32,000 nt of DNA from positions 2,220,001-2,252,000 of the forward strand of contig NZ_LN831024.1 in NCBI RefSeq assembly GCF_001457615.1, read 5' to 3'. The number at the start of each line of letters is the position of its first letter. Position 1 is the first letter of the stretch. Source of the stretch: Pseudomonas aeruginosa (lineage in GTDB: Bacteria > Pseudomonadota > Gammaproteobacteria > Pseudomonadales > Pseudomonadaceae). This document shows positions 16,504 through 24,117 of this stretch, in pieces. The translations under genes were made by a program, and so were the position numbers. The notes under the pieces are model-generated. The model was given only the letters and a program-made list of their open reading frames with translations. It ran no database searches and was not told where the DNA came from.

Positions 16504-18174
16504 CGCCCAGCAGGTTCCGGCCATCGTCATCCTCGGCCAGGGCGCGCTGGATACCGCGCGGCGGGTCCAGGCGCTCTATCCCGGGGCGCTGGTCCACGGG
16601 CTCGCCGGGCGGGTCGAGGCCGACCGTTCCTATACGGACTTCGGCGACACCCTGCGCGAACTGTATTGCGCCGACCGCCCGATCGTCGCCCTGTGCGCCG
16701 CCGGCATCGTCATTCGCAGCCTGGCGCCGTTGTTGCAACGCAAGGGAGCGGAGCCGCCGGTGCTGGCCCTGGCCGAGGACGGCAGCGCGGTGGTGCCGCT
16801 GCTCGGCGGGCTGGCCGGGGTCAACCGGCTGGCGCGGGAAATCGGCGAGGTGCTGGCCGTGGCGCCGGCGATCACCACCAGCGGCGAGCTGCGCTTCGGC
16901 ACCTGCGTGCTCAACCCGCCCGCCGGTTATGTCCTGGCCGACCTGGAGCAGGGCAAGCGCTTCGTTGCCGATTTGCTCGGTGGCCAGCCGGTGCGCGTCG
17001 AGGGTGCCGCCGGCTGGCTCGACGCGGCCCGTTTGCCGCGCGACCCGGAGGCAGCGCTGGCGATTCACGTAACGCCCTCGGCGCGTGCGCCGCGGGCCGA
17101 GGAACTGCTGATCCATCCGCGCTGCGTGCTGGCGGCGCTCGAACCTGCCGACGCGGCGGCGGACGCGGTGCGCCAGGCGCTGGTCGATGCCGGCCTGGCC
17201 GCGGCGGCGCTCGGCGGCTTGCTGGCCGACAGCGCGCGGATGGCCGATCCGCGCCTGCAGGCCGCCGCCGATGCGCTCGGCGTACCGCTGCGCTTCCTGC
17301 CGCAGGCCGATCCCGCTGCGCGCCTGCGCCAGGCCTTGCCCGCCGCCGAGCAGGTCGGCGACCGGCTGGCGGTGGCCGCCGCGCCCTTGGCGATGGACCG
17401 CATCGGCCAGCGTCGCGGCCGACTCACAGTGATCGGCCTGGGGCCCGGCTGCGCCGAGCTGATGGTGCCTGCGGCGCGGCGGGCACTGGACGAGGCCGAG
17501 GACATCCTCGGCTACCAGACCTACGTCGACATGGCCGGACCCTTCCGCGCCGGACAGGTGCTGCATGGCAGCGACAACCGCGAGGAATTGCAGCGCGCCC
17601 GGCATGCCTTCGAACTGGCGGCGACAGGCAGGGCGGTGGTGCTGGTATCGTCCGGCGACCCCGGCGTGTTCGCCATGGCCGCCGCGGTGCTGGAAGCCCT
17701 GCATGGCGCTGGCGAGCCGGCCTGGGACGCGGTCGAGCTGCGGATCTTCCCTGGCGTCTCGGCGGCCCTGGCCACCGCGGCCAGGGCGGGGCGCCTCTGG
17801 GCCACGATTTCTGCGTGCTGTCGCTGTCCGACAACCTCAAGCCCTGGGAGGTGATCGAGCGGCGCCTGGACCTGGCCGGCGCCGCCGACCTGGCGATGGC
17901 TTTCTACAATCCGATCTCGCGGGCGCGGCCCTGGCAACTGGGACGGGCGCTGGAGATCGTCGCCCGCCATCGTTCGCCGCAGACCCTGGTGGTGCTCGGT
18001 CGCGACATCGGGCGGCCCGGTGAGCGCCTGCTGCGCACCACCCTGGGCGAGCTGCGTGCGGAGCAGGTGGACATGCGCACCCTGGTGATCATCGGCTCGT
18101 CCACTACCCGCAGCTTCCCGCGCGCCGACGGCGAAGCCTGGGTCTACACGCCGCGCTGGTACCCATCGGAATAG
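16496..18174 (+). pseudogene. cobJ: cbiG-like/cobJ fusion (precorrin-3B C17-methyltransferase) interrupted by a -1 frameshift
   Basis: Frame A (16496..17854) encodes a CbiG-like N-terminal region and the start of a CobJ methylase domain, up to ...PGVSAALATAARAG. The conserved continuation APLGHDFCVLSLSDNLKPWE... to the true C-terminus is in frame A-1 (ends 18174). The total span of 1679 nt is not a multiple of 3. One extra G in the GGGG run at 17788-17791 would restore a 559-aa protein. Confidence 0.8.
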
Positions 18175-18243
18175 CGGGGCGGGAGCGCGCGCGGAAATGT
18201 GGCAGACTGCTGCGCGCATCCCTGTACCGCGGAGCCTGAATCC

Positions 18244-19092
18244 ATGTCCTTTCGCTGTTCCCCGTGCCGCCTGGCCGGCATCCTGCTGGCGGCGCTGTTC
18301 GTTCCGGGGCTGGCCGCGGCGGCCGGCTCCTGCGAGCGCCTGGTGGCCACCGGCAACCCGGAGTACCCACCCTACCTGTGGCGCGACCCGCAGGATCCGA
18401 AGCGCCTGATCGGAGCCAATGCCGACCTGTTGCAGCGCCTGGGCAAGGAGCTCGGCGTGCGCATCGACGTGCTCTACAGCGGCTCCTGGGAGAGGGCCCA
18501 GGAAGAGGTGACCAGCGGTCGCGCCGACCTGCTCGCCGGGGCCTACCTGACCCTGGCACGGCTCGGCAGCATGGACTATGTGCATCCGCCGTTCCTGATG
18601 ACCAGCGGGGTGGTCTGGGTGAACAAGGACGCCGCGTTCCCGTTCATCGGCCGCGACGACCTGATCGGGCACAAGGGCAGCGTGCTGGCCGGCAGCAGCC
18701 TGGGCGAGGAGTTCGACCGCTTCGCCAAGGCCAGTCTCGACCTGAAGCCGGTGCCGAGCCTGACCCAGGGCTTGCAGGACCTGATGCTCAAGCGCAGCGA
18801 GTTCCTCCTCTACCAGGCGTTGCCCGGGCAGGCCCAGGTCGAGGCGCTGGGCATGGCCGACGACCTGGAGGCGCTGGAACCGGTGCTGAGCAGCGAGGGG
18901 CTGTACCTGACGCTGTCGCACAACTCCGCCTGCAACGATCCGTGGCTGCGCGGACAACTGGCGAAAAAGATGACAGAATTGTCGGCTGCCGGCGTTCCCG
19001 TAACGCTCTTGCAGGACAATCTCGAACGCTGGAAAGCCCAGCAATTGCCGGCTTCCGGCGCCAGTTCGACTACGCAGGAAAGTGACTTGTGA
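18244..19092 (+). CDS. Periplasmic solute-binding-protein family 3 (SBP_bac_3)-like protein, orphan
   Basis: Track ORF trimmed to the ATG at 18244 (signal peptide MSFRCSPCRLAGILLAALFVPGLAAAAG). Type 2 periplasmic-binding fold motifs (...NPEYPPYLW...ADLLAGAY...). No adjacent ABC permease or ATPase. SD GGAG at 18229-18232. Confidence 0.8.
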   Translation: MSFRCSPCRLAGILLAALFVPGLAAAAGSCERLVATGNPEYPPYLWRDPQDPKRLIGANADLLQRLGKELGVRIDVLYSGSWERAQEEVTSGRADLLAGAYLTLARLGSMDYVHPPFLMTSGVVWVNKDAAFPFIGRDDLIGHKGSVLAGSSLGEEFDRFAKASLDLKPVPSLTQGLQDLMLKRSEFLLYQALPGQAQVEALGMADDLEALEPVLSSEGLYLTLSHNSACNDPWLRGQLAKKMTELSAAGVPVTLLQDNLERWKAQQLPASGASSTTQESDL

Positions 19093-19448
19093 GCATTCGA
19101 TGGATGATGGCCGCAGGCCTCGCCGCGCTGACCCTGAGCGGTTGTGCGAGCAACGACCCGGCTCCGCTGGAGCAGATGCGCCTGACCGAACAGGCGCTGG
19201 AGCAGGCCAAGGCGGTGGGTGCCACCGACGACGTGGCCGAGCTGAAACTGGCCCAGGACAAGTACGCCGCGGCGCAGATCGCGATGACCGCGGAGTCCTA
19301 CAAGAAGGCGCGCCTGTTGGCCGAGCAGGCCGAGCTGGACGCACGCCTCGCCGAGTCCAAGGTGCTGACGCAGAAGAGCAAGGACCAGCTCGGCGAGCTG
19401 GACAAGAGCCTGAAACGTCTGCGCAAGCAACTGGGGGAGACCGACTGA
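19089..19448 (+). CDS. Small coiled-coil lipoprotein (DUF4398-like)
   Basis: 119 aa. Lipobox LSGC after a basic/hydrophobic signal peptide. Ala/Gln/Lys-rich helical repeat body. The GTG start overlaps the upstream stop (GTGA). Confidence 0.75.
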   Translation: MSIRWMMAAGLAALTLSGCASNDPAPLEQMRLTEQALEQAKAVGATDDVAELKLAQDKYAAAQIAMTAESYKKARLLAEQAELDARLAESKVLTQKSKDQLGELDKSLKRLRKQLGETD

Positions 19449-20257
19449 TGCCGGGCAAAGCGACTCTCTTCGCCACCCTGCTGGCCTGCGCCGCGCTGGC
19501 TGGCTGCGCCGACCACAAGCTCAGCGAACAGTCGCTGGCCAAGGCGCAGAGCGAGTTCGACCAGGTCAAGGAAGATTCCGACGTGCTCCGCGCGGCGCCC
19601 AAGGATGTGATCCGCGCCGGCGAATCGCTGGCCCGCGCCGAACGCCTGTCCAGCTACTGGGGCAGCAGCAGCGACGTGATCCAGTATGCCTACCTGAGCC
19701 AGCGCTACAGCGAGATCGCTCGCCAGCACGCCTTGCTCAACCTCAACCAGGAGCGCCTGACCCGCCTGCAACTGGAGCGCGAGCGCTTGCAACTGGCCCT
19801 GCGCGAAGCCAAGCTGCTCAGCGTGCAGGAGCAGGGCCAGCGCCTGAGCGAGGAGATCGCCAGTCTCAGCACCGAGGAAACCGAGCGTGGCCTGGTGCTC
19901 ACCCTTGGCGACGTGCTGTTCGACTTCAACCGCGCCGAACTCAAGCCGGCGGCCAACCGCACCGCGCTGAAGCTGGTGCAGTTCCTCCAGCTCAATCCGC
20001 GGCGGGTGATCCGCATCGAAGGCTATACCGACAGCGTCGGCGACAGGCAGGCCAACCTCGACCTGTCGCGCGAGCGCGCCCAGGCGGTGGCCGACGTGCT
20101 CGCCGATCTCGGCGTGGATCCCGCGCGCATGCAGGTGGTCGGCTACGGCGAAGCCTTCCCGGTCACCGACAACGCCTCCAACCGGGGGCGGGCGCAGAAC
20201 CGCCGGGTGGAGATCGTCTTCTCCAACGACAAGGGCCAGCTCAGCGCGCCGCGCTGA
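19448..20257 (+). CDS. OmpA-C-like peptidoglycan-binding lipoprotein with an N-terminal DUF4398-like/coiled-coil region
   Basis: 269 aa from the ATG at 19448 (TGATG junction with the upstream gene). Lipobox LAGC. Coiled coil LTRLQLERERLQLALREAKLL. C-terminal OmpA/MotB domain (...FDFNRAELKP...IEGYTDSVGD...NLDLSRERAQAV...GRAQNRRVEIV). Confidence 0.88.
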   Translation: MPGKATLFATLLACAALAGCADHKLSEQSLAKAQSEFDQVKEDSDVLRAAPKDVIRAGESLARAERLSSYWGSSSDVIQYAYLSQRYSEIARQHALLNLNQERLTRLQLERERLQLALREAKLLSVQEQGQRLSEEIASLSTEETERGLVLTLGDVLFDFNRAELKPAANRTALKLVQFLQLNPRRVIRIEGYTDSVGDRQANLDLSRERAQAVADVLADLGVDPARMQVVGYGEAFPVTDNASNRGRAQNRRVEIVFSNDKGQLSAPR

Positions 20258-20276
20258 GCCCCGCGCCGCCGCAGGG

Positions 20277-20310
20277 AGCCCCGCTACCCCAAAGGGTCCG
20301 GGGCTTTTTT
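20277..20310 (+). terminator. Rho-independent terminator
   Basis: AGCCCCG (20277-20283) pairs with CGGGGCT (20299-20305) and is followed by TTTTTT. This is the first strong intrinsic terminator downstream of the cobG riboswitch. Confidence 0.8.
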
Positions 20311-20350
20311 CGCCTGGCGAACCGGGTGGCGCCGGATTTCTCTGTCAGAA

Positions 20351-20436
20351 CTTGCGCAAGAGCGGGCTATCATCGGGATCGAACTAGTTCGAGCAGCAAT
20401 CCGTGCAGCATAAGCACCTTGTATTTCGTTATAACG
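20351..20436. promoter_or_regulatory. Cluster of three perfect palindromes upstream of atvR (candidate operators)
   Basis: CTTGCGCAAG (20351-20360), TCGAACTAGTTCGA (20379-20392) and CGTTATAACG (20427-20436), all perfect, in a relatively AT-rich 190-bp intergenic region. SD GAGAGG at 20441-20446. Confidence 0.3.
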
Positions 20437-20450
20437 AGTAGAGAGGCGCA

Positions 20451-21089
20451 ATGAGTTCGAACGAAACCCTGCCGGGGCTGGTGATCGCCGATTCCTTCCC
20501 GGTCATGCAGTGGGCGCTGCAGCGCTACCTCAGCGAGGAGTGCGGACGCCAGGTGCTGGCGGTGGTCGGCGATAGCGACAGCCTGGTGGAGCGCCTGGCC
20601 GACCTGCCGCCGGAAAGCATCCTGATCACCGAGCTGGGCTTGCCTGGCCAGCGCAGCCGCGACGGTATCCACCTGGTGGAATGGCTGACCCGGCACTGCC
20701 CGCAAATGAAGGTGATGGTCTACTCGGTGTTCAGCGCGCCGTTGCTGGCCAAGGCGGTCCTGCGCAGCGGCGCCTCGGCCTACATCAGCAAGCGCAGCCC
20801 GCTGGAGACGTTGAAGGCGGCGCTGGAGTGCATGGCGCTCGGACAGACCTTCCTCGACCCCGGCCTGCACCCGCAGCGGCATACCGGCAAGCCGCTGAGC
20901 CCCACCGAGGTGGACATCCTCCGGCGCCTGGCGCGTGGCGACACGGTCAGCGAGATCGCCCAGCGGACCATGCGCAGCGTGTCGACCATCAGCACCCACA
21001 AGAAGAACGCGATGGTCAAGATAGGCCTCAACAGTGACGCCGAACTGATCGCCCTGGGCGTGATGAACTGGCTCCACGAACTCGCCTGA
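20451..21089 (+). CDS. atvR: NarL/FixJ (LuxR-type HTH) response regulator with Glu at the phospho-acceptor position
   Basis: 212 aa. The receiver domain aligns to NarL, but DD becomes AD (LVIADSFP) and the acceptor Asp becomes Glu61 (ILITELGLPG, codon GAG 20631-20633). C-terminal LuxR HTH (LSPTEVDILRRLARGDTVSEIAQRTMRSVSTISTHKKNAMVKIG). Confidence 0.9.
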   Translation: MSSNETLPGLVIADSFPVMQWALQRYLSEECGRQVLAVVGDSDSLVERLADLPPESILITELGLPGQRSRDGIHLVEWLTRHCPQMKVMVYSVFSAPLLAKAVLRSGASAYISKRSPLETLKAALECMALGQTFLDPGLHPQRHTGKPLSPTEVDILRRLARGDTVSEIAQRTMRSVSTISTHKKNAMVKIGLNSDAELIALGVMNWLHELA

Positions 21090-21174
21090 CCGGGTTCGAA
21101 ACATCTCGACCGCCAGTTGCGGAACAATCCTCGCCAGCCCCCGGGAGCCATCCCGCCGCAGCCGAGGAATCCGC

Positions 21175-21543
21175 ATGATCCGCCAGCCCCGCTTTGCCCG
21201 TTTCGTCCTGCCGTTGTTGCTGAGCCTGTGCCAGCCGTCCTTCGCCGCCGAACTCCGCGCGGTTGCCGAAGCACGCCGCCAGGAACTCCTGCTGGAGGAC
21301 TCGCCGGTGGCGTGCGGCGAGGCGGGCTGCACGGCGCGGGAAAGCCTCAGCCTGGTGGCGTTGCAGGTGCAGGCCCGGGTTCTGGTCACCCGCCTCGGCC
21401 GCGATGATTTTTCCCCGGCCGCCCGCCAGCCCGCCGCCGTCCCGGACTACCGCCTGTTCGGCGATCTCGGCCTGGCGCCAAGCCCCTTCGCCTGGCAAGC
21501 GTTGACCGGCGAGAGCGCGGCGGCGGACGCGTTGCGTTTCTGA
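21175..21543 (+). CDS. Small secreted hypothetical protein
   Basis: 122 aa. Signal peptide MIRQPRFARFVLPLLLSLCQPSFA|AE. SD GAGGA upstream and a strong terminator downstream. No recognisable family. Confidence 0.6.
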   Translation: MIRQPRFARFVLPLLLSLCQPSFAAELRAVAEARRQELLLEDSPVACGEAGCTARESLSLVALQVQARVLVTRLGRDDFSPAARQPAAVPDYRLFGDLGLAPSPFAWQALTGESAAADALRF

Positions 21544-21597
21544 CTTTCCCTATGGCCGCTCCCCAGGCGGCTCTTGGCGGACTGTTTCCCGCCCGCA

Positions 21598-21631
21598 CCC
21601 GGCCGGTGGCGACCGACCGGGTTTTCTTTTT
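21598..21631 (+). terminator. Rho-independent terminator
   Basis: CCCGGCCGG (21598-21606) pairs with CCGACCGGG (21613-21621) with one mismatch, followed by TTTTCTTTTT. Confidence 0.75.
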
Positions 21632-21764
21632 CTCGCGAACGCGCCGTCTCTGCGACCGACCCGTACAGTTTTGCGACTGTATGCCTGGTTGTCGGCCGAA
21701 CTGTTCTGGAGCAGTTTCACGAATTGAGCTACTGTTTCGGTTCAATCGCCGAGGAAAACCCGCC

Positions 21765-23204
21765 ATGACCAATCTGCTGCTTTACCAACGCATCGCCCAG
21801 CAGTTGGCCGAGGACATTCGCCGTGGCGTCTACCAGCCGGGCGAGCGGGTACCGTCGGTGCGCAAGCTCAGTACCCAGTTGAACGTCAGCCACGCCACCG
21901 TGCTGCAGGCCTACGCCACCCTCGAGGACCAGGGACTGATCCGCGCCCGTCCGCAATCCGGCTTCTACGTCCACCGCACCCCGGCGCTGACCGCGCCGAC
22001 CCCGGATATCGCGCGGGTCGAGCGTCCCGGCCTGGTCACCCGCAGCAGCATCATCAACCAGGTGCTCGCCGAGTCCCGCCGCGAAGGGGTATTCCCGCTC
22101 GGCGCGGCGGTGCCGCACGTGGACTACCTGCCGGTGCGCGCCTTGCACCAGCAACTGGCCAAGGTCACCCGCTTCCAGAGCCCACGGGCGTTCAGCTACA
22201 TGTTCAGCCCCGGTTTCGAGCCGCTGCGGCGGCAGGTGGCGATCCGCATGCGCGACGCCGGCGTGGTGGTCGACCCGTCGCAGGTGACCATCACCCACGG
22301 CTGCGTGGATGCGATCCACATGGCCCTGCGGGTGCTGACCCGTCCCGGCGACCTGATCGCCACCGAGTCGCCGAGCTACTACGGCCTGCTGCAACTGGCC
22401 GACGTGCTGGGCCTGAAGGTCATCGAGATCCCCAGCGACCCGCGCACCGGGATCAGCCTTGAAGCGCTGCAACTGGCGGCCAACCAGTGGTCGATCAAGG
22501 CCTTGGTGCTGACCGCGCGGCTGAGCAATCCCTTCGGCGGGACGATTCCCGAGGATCGCCAGAAGCAACTGCTGAAACTGACCGCCGAACACAACATCGG
22601 GGTGGTCGAGGACGACATCTACGGCGAACTGATGTTCGACCAGGGCCAGGCGCGCTCGCTCAAGTCCCACGACCGCGACGGCCGGGTGATCTACTGCTCG
22701 AGTTTCTCCAAGACCATCTCGCCCGGCGTACGCATCGGCTGGATCATCGCCGAGCGCTACCAGGAGGAGATCCGTCGCTTGCAGACCTTCACCACCCATT
22801 CGGCCTGCACCGTGACCCAGATGGGCGTCGCCGCCTACCTGGAGAACGGCGGCTACGACCGCCACCTGCGCTACATCCGCCAGGAGTACCGGAAGAACAT
22901 GACCGCCTACCAGTTGGCGGTGCAGCAGTACTTCCCGGAAGGTACGCAGATGACCCGGCCCAAGGGCGGCTTCATCCTCTGGGTCAGCCTGCCGGCCAAG
23001 GTCAACACCAAGGAACTCCACGTGCGGGCCCTGGAGCAGGGCATCAGCATCGCCCCGGGGCTGATCTTCAGCAACACCGAGCAGTTCAACAACTGCCTGC
23101 GGCTGACCTGCGGGATTCCCTGGAACCGCGAGGCGGAGCGGGCGATCATGACCCTCGGCATGCTTGCCGGGCAGCTTTGCCAGGAAGGCCTTATCGCCGC
23201 CTGA
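21765..23204 (+). CDS. MocR-subfamily GntR regulator (wHTH plus aminotransferase-like PLP domain)
   Basis: 479 aa from the ATG at 21765 (SD GAGG at 21751). GntR wHTH (ERVPSVRKLSTQLNVSHATVLQAYATLEDQGLI) and a fold-type-I aminotransferase-like domain with the PLP-lysine motif SFSKTISPGVRIGW. Confidence 0.9.
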   Translation: MTNLLLYQRIAQQLAEDIRRGVYQPGERVPSVRKLSTQLNVSHATVLQAYATLEDQGLIRARPQSGFYVHRTPALTAPTPDIARVERPGLVTRSSIINQVLAESRREGVFPLGAAVPHVDYLPVRALHQQLAKVTRFQSPRAFSYMFSPGFEPLRRQVAIRMRDAGVVVDPSQVTITHGCVDAIHMALRVLTRPGDLIATESPSYYGLLQLADVLGLKVIEIPSDPRTGISLEALQLAANQWSIKALVLTARLSNPFGGTIPEDRQKQLLKLTAEHNIGVVEDDIYGELMFDQGQARSLKSHDRDGRVIYCSSFSKTISPGVRIGWIIAERYQEEIRRLQTFTTHSACTVTQMGVAAYLENGGYDRHLRYIRQEYRKNMTAYQLAVQQYFPEGTQMTRPKGGFILWVSLPAKVNTKELHVRALEQGISIAPGLIFSNTEQFNNCLRLTCGIPWNREAERAIMTLGMLAGQLCQEGLIAA

Positions 23205-23532
23205 GCGCGAGGCGCTCCCCTGGCTGAGGGGCGCCCCGCGACAGTCCGCGAAGAATTTTCCCGGGGATTAACCCGAATCCACCGACAGCTTCGTCTCAGC
23301 GGGTATCTCCGCTGCACGACGAGGTCGTCTCGATGTTTTTCCCGGCTTCCATCCGGACCGGCACTTTCGCCGAACTGTCCGACGCTGGAAAATGTCTACC
23401 GATAGCCGCTCCGGCCGCGCTTCTGGCGACGGCCCGGGCGTTTCGTGGCGACGCCGATGCGTGCCGCGAAGGATGTGGCCGATGAGCCTGCTCTCGGTCG
23501 CCTTTGACACAGGACAGGAGTCGACCAGCGGC

Positions 23533-24117
23533 ATGCATGCCTCCACCAGCGCCACGACGGCCGCCGGCAGCGACGAAACGCTGCTGGCGCGTTACCGCAA
23601 GGGCGACAGCGCGGCCTTCGAGGTGCTCTACCAGCGCCATCGGCAGGGTCTCTACCGTTTTCTCTGCGGCCTGGCCGGACAGACCGAACTGGCCGACGAG
23701 ATTTACCAGGAAACCTGGCTCAGCCTGATCCGCAGCGAGAGCCAGCCGCAGGGCCGGGCGAGCTTCCGCACCTGGCTCTACCAGATCGCCCGCAACCGCC
23801 TGATCGATCATTGGCGCAAGCATGGCCAGCGCCAGCCGTTGCAGGACAGCTACGACGAACAGTTGCACGCGCAACCCGACCAGGGCGCCGGCCCCGAGCA
23901 GCAGCTCAGCCTGAGCCGCGACGGCGAGCGCTTGCAGAGCGCGCTGGAGACCCTGCCCGAGGAACAGCGCGAGGTATTCCTGATGCGCGCCCACGGCGAA
24001 CTGGAACTGGCCGAGATCGCCACGCTCACCCAGTCGCCGCTGGAGACGGTGAAGAGCCGTTTCCGCTACGCGGTGCAGAAGCTGCGCCGGCTGCTGGCCG
24101 AGGAGGTGGCGGTATGA
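23533..24117 (+). CDS. sbrI: ECF sigma factor
   Basis: Region 2 (...FEVLYQRHRQGLYRFL...DEIYQETWLSLI...) and region 4 (LPEEQREVFLMRAHGELELAEIATLTQSPLETVKSRFRYAVQKLR). Start set at ATG 23533 (AGGAG 12 nt upstream, 194 aa). In-frame ATGs at 23392 and 23482 are alternatives. Confidence 0.85.
   Translation: MHASTSATTAAGSDETLLARYRKGDSAAFEVLYQRHRQGLYRFLCGLAGQTELADEIYQETWLSLIRSESQPQGRASFRTWLYQIARNRLIDHWRKHGQRQPLQDSYDEQLHAQPDQGAGPEQQLSLSRDGERLQSALETLPEEQREVFLMRAHGELELAEIATLTQSPLETVKSRFRYAVQKLRRLLAEEVAV

Noticed and set aside
17780-17800. Programmed -1 ribosomal frameshifting as the explanation for the cobJ frame change
   Set aside because: The site (GCG GGG CGC) is not an X XXY YYZ slippery heptamer. 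I see no obvious downstream stimulatory pseudoknot. A simple 1-nt loss from a G homopolymer explains it fully.
23268-23296. ECF-type promoter (TTAACC ... CGTCTC) upstream of the sigma-factor gene
   Set aside because: AAC (23270-23272) and CGTC (23292-23295) are separated by 19 nt. That is longer than the 16-18 nt typical of ECF promoters, and it would imply a roughly 230-nt leader. The evidence is too weak to call.
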